In this document: positions 1-9,094 of the stretch, in pieces | Layout: the number at the start of each line of letters is the position of its first letter | Numbering within the stretch: the stretch's first letter is position 1 | Notes under the pieces: model-generated | Database searches by the model: none | Seen by the model: only the letters and a program-made list of their open reading frames with translations | What the model was told of the DNA's origin: nothing | Assembly: GCA_963777505.1 (NCBI GenBank) | Contig: CAVZQN010000004.1 | Coordinates: 1,440,001-1,504,000, forward strand | Direction of reading: 5' to 3' | DNA length: 64,000 bases | Origin: an uncultured bacterium | GTDB taxonomy: Bacteria > Acidobacteriota > HRBIN11 > JAKEFK01 | Made by a program: the position numbers and the translations under genes

Positions 1-936
1 GGGATTGAGCAAATGCAGCCATAACATGCATCAACATGCCCTGATGTAACCGTTTTTGTTGAATCAGTGATGGAGGCACAAACACATCACCTTGTGATGG
101 CTGAAGATCTTCATCAAGACGTCGGAGAAATCCGGAACCTGAAGGAATTAGTTCAAGGACACCGGTAAATTCCTGTTCAGGACCTTGTACGGCTGCTGGT
201 CCTGTTGTGTGAACGGGGACAGGACGTTGGTGTGGCTGAGAATGACGCGGCGGTTGATGACGTTGATTCACAGGATGTTCGCGGCGAATATGTCGCGGAC
301 CTTCTCCACTGGAGTGTCGGTTTTCATTTCGATGATGCGGTCCAGGAGAATCACTTCGTTGATGCCGCGGTCCAGGGGAATCACTTCGCTGATGTCGCGG
401 TCCTGGCGAATCACTTCGTTGATGCCGCGGTCCTGAGGAATCACTTCGCTGATGTCGCGGTCCAGGGGAATCACTTCGTTGATGCCGCGGTCCTGGCGAA
501 TCACTTCGTTGATGCCGCGGTCCAGGGGAATCACTTCGTTGATGCCGTGGTCCAGGGGAATCACTTCGTTGATGCCGTGGTCCAGGCGAATCATTGCGTT
601 GATGTCGGGGACCCGGAGAATCATTTCGATGATGACGCGGTCCCTCTGCGCGATCATGCCGCGGATTTTGACCATCGATCCTGGCGGCACACCTTCGGTC
701 CGGTCACGTCGCACACCTTCAGTTCGATCGTGACGCACACCTTCGGTTCGGTCACGTCGCACACCTTCGGTTCGATCATGACGCACACTTTCGCTTCTTG
801 GGTGTCGAGGTCGATCGCTTTGGGGGTGTTGACCCTCGCTACGAAGTGGTCGATTCCCTTCGGATTGTTGGTGCCGCTGACCGCTGCTCCGTGAATGCTG
901 CTTCTGCCGCCCCTGATTTCGATTCTGTTGGTTCAT
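1..936 (-). CDS. rho: Transcription termination factor Rho, N-terminal part (truncated by window edge), with long repeat-rich disordered N-terminal extension; one frameshift at about 680-703
   Basis: The ATG at 936 opens a Q/R/H-rich frame. After a one-base shift near 690, a minus frame open from 703 to 1 reads DGQNPRHDRAEGPRHHRND(SPGPRHQRSD)n...EQEFTGVLELIPSGSGFLRRLDEDLQPSQGDVFVPPSLIQQKRLHQG. This matches the Rho RNA-binding motif GVLEILxDGFGFLR-x11-DIYVSPSQIRRFNLRTG with the same 11-residue spacing. The ATPase domain lies outside the window. Confidence 0.82.
331..643 (-). repeat. Coding tandem repeat, 10 full copies plus one partial copy of a 30-nt unit (RSDSPGPRHQ)
   Basis: Unit GATGCCGCGGTCCAGGGGAATCACTTCGTT recurs every 30 nt from 331 with no spacers; variation is mostly synonymous in the minus-strand RSDSPGPRHQ frame. 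Confidence 0.95.
687..788 (-). repeat. Coding tandem repeat, about 4 copies of a 24-nt unit (R[H/R]DRTEGV)
   Basis: GCACACCTTCGGTYCGRTCRYGWC recurs every 24 nt. Confidence 0.9.
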
Positions 937-1144
937 AGTACAGGTAAGAAAAGACTCACGATTATAACCGCAAAGATGCTGAGTTGGAAACGAAATTATA
1001 AGTTAGGTAAACAGAGCATTGAAAGCGAGTGTCTAAGAGTCTTATAATCTGATAGTCTTATGTGACCGTTAGTGCTGCAAATGCTTAGTTTAACCATGAA
1101 GCTCATGAATCTTTGTGGTTGATCATACAGGGATTGGAGAAATT

Positions 1145-2341
1145 ATGGAAACGAAAGATTATGTTCAGCTCGAAGAACGTTACAGTGCTCACAATTATCA
1201 CCCATTGGACGTGGTTATTGATCGAGCTGAGGGAGTCTGGGTTTACGATGTTACAGGCAAAAAATATCTTGATTGCCTGAGCGCATATTCAGCCGTTAAC
1301 CAGGGACATCGGCATCCGCGCATCGTTAAAGCTCTGGTGGATCAAGCCAATCTTGTGACACTCACATCTCGTGCGTTCCGTAATGATCAGTTCGGACCCT
1401 TCTGCAAGGAACTCTGCGATCTAACCGGCTATGAGATGGTGCTTCCGATGAATTCAGGTGCAGAAGCTGTAGAAACGGCGGTAAAGACTGCCCGCATGTG
1501 GGGATACCGGGTTAAAAAAGTTGAAAAAAATAAAGCTGAAATTATCGTTTGCAATGATAATTTTCATGGACGAACAACTACGATCATCAGCTTTTCAACA
1601 GAGCCGCAATATCGAGAAGATTTTGGTCCGCATACGCCAGGATTTGTCTTTGTTCCTTACGGAGATGCTGAAGCATTAGGAAAGGCAATCACGCAGAACA
1701 CGGTTGGATTTCTTGTTGAGCCGATTCAAGGTGAAAGCGGCGTGAAATTTCCCCCGGATGGTTATTTGAAACAAGCTGCTGAAATCTGCAAAAAAAATAA
1801 TGTCTTGTTTATTTCTGATGAAATTCAATCAGGTCTTGGACGTGCGGGTAAATTATTCGCATTGGATCATGATGGAGTTCGAGCAGATATTGTGATTCTT
1901 GGAAAGGCTCTCGGAGGCGGCGTCTATCCCGTTTCAGCCGTTATTTCGTCGCGTGAGATTCTTGGTTTATTTCGTCCTGGAGATCATGGCAGCACTTTTG
2001 GTGGAAATCCGATAGCCTGTGCTGTTGCCCGAGAAGCTTTGCGCGTCATTGTTGACGAAAATTTAGTTCAGCGTTCTGCAGAGCTTGGGCAATATTTTCT
2101 AAACAAAATGAAGAATCTCTCCAGCCCGCACATTCAGAATTTACGCGGCCGCGGACTGTTTATTGGAATTGAACTGAAACCCGAAGCCGGAGGAGCAAGA
2201 CGTTTTTGCGAAGCACTCAAGGAACGTGGAATGCTTTGCAAAGAAACTCATGAACACGTTATTCGTATTGCACCGCCACTGGTAATCAGTCAGGAAGAAA
2301 TCGATTGGGCTTCTGATCAAATTCAAGCAGTATTGGCCTGA
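1145..2341 (+). CDS. rocD: Ornithine--oxo-acid aminotransferase
   Basis: [57 protein letters not shown]; ATG at 1145 follows a GGAG RBS. Confidence 0.95.
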   Translation: METKDYVQLEERYSAHNYHPLDVVIDRAEGVWVYDVTGKKYLDCLSAYSAVNQGHRHPRIVKALVDQANLVTLTSRAFRNDQFGPFCKELCDLTGYEMVLPMNSGAEAVETAVKTARMWGYRVKKVEKNKAEIIVCNDNFHGRTTTIISFSTEPQYREDFGPHTPGFVFVPYGDAEALGKAITQNTVGFLVEPIQGESGVKFPPDGYLKQAAEICKKNNVLFISDEIQSGLGRAGKLFALDHDGVRADIVILGKALGGGVYPVSAVISSREILGLFRPGDHGSTFGGNPIACAVAREALRVIVDENLVQRSAELGQYFLNKMKNLSSPHIQNLRGRGLFIGIELKPEAGGARRFCEALKERGMLCKETHEHVIRIAPPLVISQEEIDWASDQIQAVLA

Positions 2342-2420
2342 TGGCAGATATACAATTTCCATGCTTCATGGAATGATCCTGAAAAGTTTTTACCGCAAGG
2401 TTCGCGGAGTATCTTAAGTA

Positions 2421-4175
2421 ATGCGGAATACGATCCGCATCGTTCTTGCCCTCTTTCTTATCATTCTCGTTTTTGCAAACTACAACTCTATCCGCATCGT
2501 TAATCGCGCAGTCAGTGTTTTAAATGATGACTTGCAGCAGCGGGCCAGTCTGATCCTTCGCGAAATGATCATCAAGCTTACGGAGAATTACTTTAATCTC
2601 AGTAATCAATCCCAATTAGATCAGAACCTTCGCAGATGGTTGGATCTGTATGACATTCAAGGAATTGTCGTTTACGAAACATCTGGGACGGCTGAAGCAA
2701 TGATGAGCTATAACCTTCCTAAGAATCTTGCAGAGCCGCTCAAAATACTGGGCAATCGGAAGACTGCAATCGTTGATAAATATTTGCTTGTTACCGGACA
2801 ATTTGTCAGCGGTACAGAACTTCGGAAAGTCGTACTTCTTTTTGATATCGAACGATACATACGATTTGAACGTTCAGCAAAAGCTGTCAGCTACGCTGGA
2901 CTTTTATTGATGATTCTCGCAGGGCTTGCTGTGTTGTACTTTTTTGAATCAGCTTTCCGGCCATTCCGGATCCTTTTGCAAACGGCTCGTTCCGCACCGG
3001 CAGATATTCCCGCACACGAAAATCGAAATGAGGCGGACTTCTTGATTCAAACATTCAACAGTGTGATTGGACAATTGAAAACAAAAGAACAGGAACTCGC
3101 AAAACTTCATCTAAGTGAAAAGGCTCGTGCAGATGATGTCGCCAGGTTGAATCAAGATTTAATTCGAAGTATCAGCAGCGGCCTAATCCTTGTTGATCAA
3201 ACAGGAAGAATCAATGTATTCAACGAGGCCGCTCAAACAATTTTAAGAATCAGTGCAAAGGAAGTGCTGGCGCGTCCGTACGGAGAAGTGATGCAAAAGT
3301 TGTCTCCTGCATTTAAGGCCGATCTGGATCGGTGTTTGAATGAGAGGACAAACATAAACCGTGCAGAACTTGAAGTTCATACTCAAGATGCTGAGCTGCG
3401 TTATCTTGGAGCGAGTATCATGCCGCTTCAAGACCGGCAGCAGAATTTTGCTGGTGCTATTTGTCTTTTCACTGACATTACCGAATTTAAATTGTTGCAA
3501 AAGCATATGGCGGAAAAAGAAAAGTATGCGAGCCTCGGCGAAATGGCCGGAGGCGTTGCTCATGAATTCCGGAATGCGGTTGCTACAATCGCCGGATATA
3601 TGCAACTACTTGAAAACAAAATTGAACCAGATCAAAAAGAATACACAATACCTGTTCAAAAGGAACTTCAATCTCTTCAAAAAGTCGTCAATGATTTCCT
3701 GTCATTTGCCCGGCCTGTTGAATTGGAGATGGGTAATGTTCTCTTGCGCGAACTGTTAATGGAATGCATGGAGGAAGTTAAAGTCGCATCTTCCAATGAA
3801 GTTGATTTCAATATCGAGGGAGTATTTCCTGAAGTTCGTGGCGATGAACGCATGTTGCGCCAGATTTTTACGAATCTAATCCGGAATGCGGCTGAATCAT
3901 TGGATGGGACAAATCGAAAAGGGAAAATTGAAATCAATGGTTCGTCCGCATTGAGTGGGAAGTTTTGCTTAGTCGACATTTCGGATAATGGCATTGGAAT
4001 TCGAAATGAAGACATATCTCGTATATTTGCTCCTTTTTATTCTACAAAGCGGGAAGGTGTGGGCCTTGGTTTGGCGATAGTTCAAAAACTCGTGCTACAG
4101 CATAATGGGACAATCACGGTTGAAACCGGGGAGAATGGAAGCATCTTCCGCGTCCAATTGCCTGTGAATACGTAA
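2421..4175 (+). CDS. Membrane sensor histidine kinase with PAS domain (NtrB/PilS-like)
   Basis: Two TM segments, PAS domain, H-box VAHEFRN, N-box NLIRNA, DNGIG, GVGLGL. Confidence 0.92.
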   Translation: MRNTIRIVLALFLIILVFANYNSIRIVNRAVSVLNDDLQQRASLILREMIIKLTENYFNLSNQSQLDQNLRRWLDLYDIQGIVVYETSGTAEAMMSYNLPKNLAEPLKILGNRKTAIVDKYLLVTGQFVSGTELRKVVLLFDIERYIRFERSAKAVSYAGLLLMILAGLAVLYFFESAFRPFRILLQTARSAPADIPAHENRNEADFLIQTFNSVIGQLKTKEQELAKLHLSEKARADDVARLNQDLIRSISSGLILVDQTGRINVFNEAAQTILRISAKEVLARPYGEVMQKLSPAFKADLDRCLNERTNINRAELEVHTQDAELRYLGASIMPLQDRQQNFAGAICLFTDITEFKLLQKHMAEKEKYASLGEMAGGVAHEFRNAVATIAGYMQLLENKIEPDQKEYTIPVQKELQSLQKVVNDFLSFARPVELEMGNVLLRELLMECMEEVKVASSNEVDFNIEGVFPEVRGDERMLRQIFTNLIRNAAESLDGTNRKGKIEINGSSALSGKFCLVDISDNGIGIRNEDISRIFAPFYSTKREGVGLGLAIVQKLVLQHNGTITVETGENGSIFRVQLPVNT

Positions 4176-4196
4176 GGGCGTCCCTTGTGGTCGCCC
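4172..4196. repeat. REP-like hairpin between convergent genes
   Basis: GTAAGGGCGTCCCTTGTGGTCGCCC: GTAR start plus imperfect GGGCG..CGCCC stem. Confidence 0.6.
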
Positions 4197-4197
4197 G

Positions 4198-6588
4198 TTA
4201 GTCGGTTTGACTTACTAAGTATTTAAGCTGGTAAAGGCTTTTCGCAATTTCTTTTGATTGATTTAGAAAAAGGCTTCGCGGGGCGGAGAATTCCAGAATA
4301 GGAAAATCATCTGTATTTATTTCAAGATTTCGCCTTAAAGCTTTCAACATCGTTTCATCTGAAACATAGATTTTCATAATGTTAGCTGGTTTGATTCCGG
4401 TCGGTTCAAGACTTCTCTGAATGACCGGCTGGCTCATTCGTTTAAAAATTTGGGGTACATCAGGTTTAAGTGATTTTCTACTTGCCAGGATTAGCATATC
4501 GCTTCCATCAATCCAGATGCTTAAATGAGGAAAGACCGAGTGCATCGTCTTTAAGAAAACAAGAACATCATGTCTGGAAATTTGATAGAGATGGATCCAC
4601 TGACACATGATGCCATCAGGGTTCAGGCGGTTGCTTGCAGCTAGAAAAAATTCACGAGTGAAAAGATTGGCAACTCCTGACATCCATAAGTTGCTCGGTT
4701 CAGAAGTAATCAAATCGTACTTCATCGAACTGTGCTGAACTACGTTTCGTCCGTCATCAAAAATCAACCGGACATTCTTGCGTTTTAAAACACTGCCATT
4801 TTCTTCTTCAAAATATTCCGATGCTTTTGCGACTTTTTCTTCAATCTCAACCACATCAATCCGATTCAGCTCATGAAGCGCGAGAGCTCCAGCTGTAACT
4901 CCGCTTCCAAGGCCAATCACAAGAGCATTCTTTGGTTTATCCATATGTAATGCAGGGAGATGTCCTAACAAAAGTTGTGTTCTCATGTCTCCGGTTGGAA
5001 CGTTAGAGGCGTCGGGTTTCCCATTGATCAAAAGACTGCGAATTCCGTTTTCATCCTGCGTTACGGCCACTGTTGCAGCTAGACCTTCGCTGTAAAAAAG
5101 AAGGTTCAGTTCGTCGACTGCAGTTGCAGGTCCCCAGGAGAATGCGCCGGCTTGTAGAGATGCGGGATGCGAGATGCGGGATGAAGGTTTTTTGTTCTGT
5201 TGTTCCTCTGCGTATCGATACGCAAATGCATAGAAGCCTGCATTGTAAATCGATTGATTCCATCTTGGAAGAAACATTAACAAAACTAATGCAATGCCGC
5301 CGACCGCTAGTACTCTTCGATTTTGATTGCTTGCGAGACTCTTCCTGAAGCAGATAATTCCAAGGATAAGATTTAATAGCGCGATCAACCGGATTGAACG
5401 TTCGACGCCCAGCCACGGAATCAGAATAAAACCTGCGCAGAGAGATCCTAGAATGCTGCCTATCGTATTGTAACTATAGACATAACCCGCGTATCCCTGT
5501 AATGCTTCAGAATCTTTTCTGAAAAAGTGAAGGGCAGCTGGAAATGCACTCCCAGACAGAAAGGTTGTGTAAAACACTGTAATCGCAATCAGGAGAAATT
5601 GTGCGATCTGAAATAAAGCAAAAGATTGATTGAACAACTGAAACATCCAGATCAAAATTATCGGCAGTCCCATAAAAATTCCGATAAAGAAAAGCGCTGA
5701 GAGTGAAATCCTGAATTGAATCAGGCTGAAAAGTTGAAATGGATCTGATGATTGCGAGATTCGCCCGGCATAGTAAGAACTTCCGCTTGCGATACCCAAC
5801 AGGAAAGAGGCGAGGATTGCTGAAAAGGCATATACGGAAGAGCCGAAATACATTGAAAGTGCCCGCGCCCATAAAATCTCATACGCAAGCGTCGCAAATC
5901 CTGTAAGAAGAAACAATAAATACAAAAGATGGAATGCAGGAGCGCGCTTCTCTGATTCTTTGAAAACATCCATTTGAGCTGAAAGAATGAGCCCCGAAAT
6001 AAAAAGAAGTCCATTGATTGCAGCCGTTATGTAAATTGTCAGGCTGATCCCAAGATTGGGAAGAAGAAGATATCCTGCCAGCAGCGTTCCCACGACTGCG
6101 CCTGCCGTGTTCAAGCCGTACAACAAACCCGCTTTTTCATGCCGTTCCGATGCAGGAAAACAACGAACAAGTAAAGGAAGGGTCATGCCCATTGCAATCG
6201 TTGGAATTAACAACAGCATGCCAGACATGCTTGCTTTCAAAATTACAGATTGAAAAAAGTTGTTCGCCACAGCGGGGTAGTAGTTCGAATAAAATTTGTT
6301 GATTAACTCTGAAAGACTTGGTGTAAACAACGAATAAAGACCAATCAATCCTTCGAGAATGCCGTAAAGGATCAGTGGTTTGAAAGAGCGTTTAAGGCGT
6401 GCTGAAATGAAACTTCCCAGCGCAAGGCCGGCCATAAAGAGAGAGACAACAACAGCAATTGCTAAAGACGTATTGCCGATGATTGTAGATAGCACACGAG
6501 ACCAGACAATTTCATAAACGAGACTGGTCAATCCGCTGAAGAAAAAAAGAAGGAAAAGTAGAAATGTGCGCTCGCGCGGCGAAATCAA
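4198..6588 (-). CDS. Fused multi-TM (MFS-like)/spermidine synthase-family protein
   Basis: Repeated SG..LxYEIxWxR membrane modules, then ALVIGLGSG, VVEIE, DDGR, DLITSEPSN. Confidence 0.9.
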   Translation of the reverse strand: MISPRERTFLLFLLFFFSGLTSLVYEIVWSRVLSTIIGNTSLAIAVVVSLFMAGLALGSFISARLKRSFKPLILYGILEGLIGLYSLFTPSLSELINKFYSNYYPAVANNFFQSVILKASMSGMLLLIPTIAMGMTLPLLVRCFPASERHEKAGLLYGLNTAGAVVGTLLAGYLLLPNLGISLTIYITAAINGLLFISGLILSAQMDVFKESEKRAPAFHLLYLLFLLTGFATLAYEILWARALSMYFGSSVYAFSAILASFLLGIASGSSYYAGRISQSSDPFQLFSLIQFRISLSALFFIGIFMGLPIILIWMFQLFNQSFALFQIAQFLLIAITVFYTTFLSGSAFPAALHFFRKDSEALQGYAGYVYSYNTIGSILGSLCAGFILIPWLGVERSIRLIALLNLILGIICFRKSLASNQNRRVLAVGGIALVLLMFLPRWNQSIYNAGFYAFAYRYAEEQQNKKPSSRISHPASLQAGAFSWGPATAVDELNLLFYSEGLAATVAVTQDENGIRSLLINGKPDASNVPTGDMRTQLLLGHLPALHMDKPKNALVIGLGSGVTAGALALHELNRIDVVEIEEKVAKASEYFEEENGSVLKRKNVRLIFDDGRNVVQHSSMKYDLITSEPSNLWMSGVANLFTREFFLAASNRLNPDGIMCQWIHLYQISRHDVLVFLKTMHSVFPHLSIWIDGSDMLILASRKSLKPDVPQIFKRMSQPVIQRSLEPTGIKPANIMKIYVSDETMLKALRRNLEINTDDFPILEFSAPRSLFLNQSKEIAKSLYQLKYLVSQTD

Positions 6589-6929
6589 GTCTGAATTAAC
6601 TCACGAATATATTTTTCCAAATGTTCTTTTTGTTCCGGAATGAGATCAATAAACTGAACGCCCATGCCTGATGTTGGCAAATTCATTCCTTCAATCCAGG
6701 TTCCCCAAACTACACGTGCTTTTAACCAATAAGGTTCCTTGTACTTGGGAATATGAAAAAAAAGTTCAACCATGTCCCCTAGCAAAAGCATATAACTGGT
6801 TTTAAGGAACATGCCATCGATGGAAAGATTCAAAGCTTCAGCAGTATGTTGCTTATTATCAAAAGTAAATTGGACTTCGAAATCAACCGGAACGCGTACG
6901 TGTTTGCGTTTGTTTATGTCCCCAGGCAT
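6585..6929 (-). CDS. PilZ-domain protein
   Basis: KRKHVR (RxxxR) and NLSIDG (D/NxSxxG), GMGVQF. Confidence 0.88.
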   Translation of the reverse strand: MPGDINKRKHVRVPVDFEVQFTFDNKQHTAEALNLSIDGMFLKTSYMLLLGDMVELFFHIPKYKEPYWLKARVVWGTWIEGMNLPTSGMGVQFIDLIPEQKEHLEKYIRELIQT

Positions 6930-6934
6930 ACAGT

Positions 6935-7492
6935 TCAGGCTCTCTGCATATATTTGCCTTCTGTTGTATCGATGCGGATCTTTTCTCCCTGGTTTACAAA
7001 CTGAGGTACCTGGACGATGAGTCCGGTCTCAACTTTTGCAGCTTTTGTGACATTCGTTGCGGTCGCTGATCTGACACTCGGCTCCGTCTCAACAACAACA
7101 AGATCAACTGTAGTAGGAAGCTCAATCGAAATCGGATTGGATTCATGGAATTGTGCGCTAACCTTCGTATTTGGAATCAGATAATAAATATTATCCCCGA
7201 GCAATTCCGCATTGAGAGTAATTTGTTCATACGATTCCATATTCATGAAATGATAATCGGGACCTTCATTGTATAAGTATTCCATCTCATGTGTTTCCAG
7301 CGAGATTCGATCTACGCTTTCTTCTGAACGGAACCGGCGTTCGGATTGTTTTCCACTGCGGAGATTACGAAGTTTCGTTTGTACCATCCCGCGCCAGTTT
7401 CCAGGGGTGATGTGCTGGACAGTCATGACCGAAAATAGATCATTGTCCATTTTCAGAATCATACCCCTTCTAATCTGTGTAGCTGCAATCAT
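6935..7492 (-). CDS. efp: Elongation factor P
   Basis: HITPGNWRGMVQTKLRNL, MEYLY, HFMNMESYEQ, KVETGLIVQVPQFVNQGEKIRIDT; GGAGG RBS. Confidence 0.96.
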   Translation of the reverse strand: MIAATQIRRGMILKMDNDLFSVMTVQHITPGNWRGMVQTKLRNLRSGKQSERRFRSEESVDRISLETHEMEYLYNEGPDYHFMNMESYEQITLNAELLGDNIYYLIPNTKVSAQFHESNPISIELPTTVDLVVVETEPSVRSATATNVTKAAKVETGLIVQVPQFVNQGEKIRIDTTEGKYMQRA

Positions 7493-7576
7493 TAAAAATT
7501 CCTCCGGATTGGATTCAACTGGGATGTTCTTCCGTGTCCAGAATTGTAGAGGAGGGTGATTACCTTGTCAAACCCT

Positions 7577-7602
7577 GCGGAGGAGCAGAGGAGCAGAGGA
7601 GA
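7577..7602. repeat. Short octamer repeat (GCAGAGGA) between divergent genes
   Basis: GCGGAGGA GCAGAGGA GCAGAGGA GA. Confidence 0.6.
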
Positions 7603-7636
7603 CTTGCATCATCGAGTTAGTTACTATTTATTTGCT

Positions 7637-8170
7637 ATGGCAACTTGTCCGTACTGTAAAGATTCTGTTGACAGCCGAAAAACCGTCGTATGCCCATCGT
7701 GTGAAACAGTACATCACGAAGAATGTTGGGAAGCGAATGAAAACATCTGCTCCGTTTATGGATGCCGCTCGAGAAACGGTGATTTCGTTGGGTGTCCATG
7801 GTGTGATGAAGTGTATCCATATGGAGAACATTTAGTTTGTTTGAATTGTAATTCTCCCTTGATGAGTCCGGCAGAATACTCTACCTTTATTCGAGGCGCG
7901 ACCTGGGAGAAATTGAATCCAGAAGAGTATGGAAATCCTCATCTGGCACAAGGATATCTTCGCAATAATGGCATTGTGGCAAGGCTCGATAAAGTTCCAT
8001 CAGTATATGGATACTTTTATTCTCCGCCTGTCTTATGGATACTGACCGAACACGTGGAGCGCGCGAAAAGCTTACTTCAAAGCCTTCAGGAGAGTCTTAT
8101 ATATTGTGAGAAATGCGGGCATGTTCTGGATTCCGAAGAATCTACATGTACTTTTTGTTTAAATGAATAG
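7637..8170 (+). CDS. Cys-rich protein: prokaryotic RING-like finger, zinc ribbons and DUF2007-like domain
   Basis: CPYC..VVCPSCETVHHEECW..CSVYGC, CPWC..CLNC, LAQGYLRNNGI, CEKCG..CTFC; start moved to ATG 7637. Confidence 0.7.
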   Translation: MATCPYCKDSVDSRKTVVCPSCETVHHEECWEANENICSVYGCRSRNGDFVGCPWCDEVYPYGEHLVCLNCNSPLMSPAEYSTFIRGATWEKLNPEEYGNPHLAQGYLRNNGIVARLDKVPSVYGYFYSPPVLWILTEHVERAKSLLQSLQESLIYCEKCGHVLDSEESTCTFCLNE

Positions 8171-8179
8171 AGGAACAGA

Positions 8180-9094
8180 ATGAAAATAAGGAATTTTGCA
8201 GCTGCGATCTTGATTTTATGCTGTTCGTATATGGCGCAAGGATCATCAAAAGAGATGTTGAAGCTTGTGCCACAAAACACATTCTTTGTAATAGGTGCTG
8301 ATTTCAATGTATTAAGAAGTTCCGATTTATTTGTGAAGCTGGAAAAGGAAGGCCGCATTTGGTCCTACGACAAGCGAAATAATTTGATGCCTTATTTGCA
8401 GGCTCTAAATCTAAATCCTGCCGATATTCAAGCAAGCATGTTCACAAAATATTTGAATGCATATGGCGCAAAAGGAGAGTTCCATTTGTTTGAACATCGG
8501 AGCGACATATCGGGACACCTTGCAACAAAAACTTCAACGCCATATTTAGAATTCAAAATCTATAGAATCCGTGCAGAAGAGGACCTTTTTGCTACGGTAT
8601 TAAATCCAGGTTTAGTGGCTCTTGGTTCCCTAAATGGTGTGAAAATGTCGATTGACGTAATGAAAGGAAAAGAAAAAGCCCTGAAAGAAAATCCTGATAT
8701 CAGCGCGATCATTGAGAAAGTTCCTCCCGCGGCAGGAGCCTGGGGCGTTTCACGTCCATTAACCAGGAAAGAAGCAGCTTCGCGCGGAACATCACAAAGC
8801 ACAAATACGATGCTTGAAGCATTTGAGAACTATTATTTCTATGGAGTGCCCTCGCGTACGTCAGTTCGCGCGCATTTTATTGGATTTGCAAAATCTGAAG
8901 GTGAAGCGACCTTTGTAAGGACATTTATGATTGGTATGGTAACTTTTGCAAAGTTTCGCGCAGGAAGTGAGGAAGTTACTGAGGCGCTCGATCAAATTAA
9001 TGTAGACAGAAATGGAAAAAATATTCATGTCACGGCTACAGTGAATCAAGCAATAATCGATGCTTACTTAAATGGAGAACTTGGGGTAGAGTAA
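8180..9094 (+). CDS. Exported hypothetical protein
   Basis: 304-aa ORF with signal peptide and AGGA RBS, in operon with its neighbours. Confidence 0.75.
   Translation: MKIRNFAAAILILCCSYMAQGSSKEMLKLVPQNTFFVIGADFNVLRSSDLFVKLEKEGRIWSYDKRNNLMPYLQALNLNPADIQASMFTKYLNAYGAKGEFHLFEHRSDISGHLATKTSTPYLEFKIYRIRAEEDLFATVLNPGLVALGSLNGVKMSIDVMKGKEKALKENPDISAIIEKVPPAAGAWGVSRPLTRKEAASRGTSQSTNTMLEAFENYYFYGVPSRTSVRAHFIGFAKSEGEATFVRTFMIGMVTFAKFRAGSEEVTEALDQINVDRNGKNIHVTATVNQAIIDAYLNGELGVE

Noticed and set aside
60-180. RNase R cold-shock domain as an alternative to Rho
   Set aside because: The GVLE-x5-GFLR-x11-DxxV-xPSxI spacing fits Rho better; not fully excluded because the rest of the gene is off-window
331-643. 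30-nt direct repeats as a CRISPR or other non-coding array
   Set aside because: Units are contiguous with no spacers, no cas genes are present, and variation is synonymous in a coding frame
205-894. Plus-strand ORFs 205..894, 185..436, 452..733 and the NEVIPLDRGI half of ORF 268..936
   Set aside because: These are shadow frames of the stop-poor repeat; copy differences are non-synonymous in them and they do not lead to a recognisable domain
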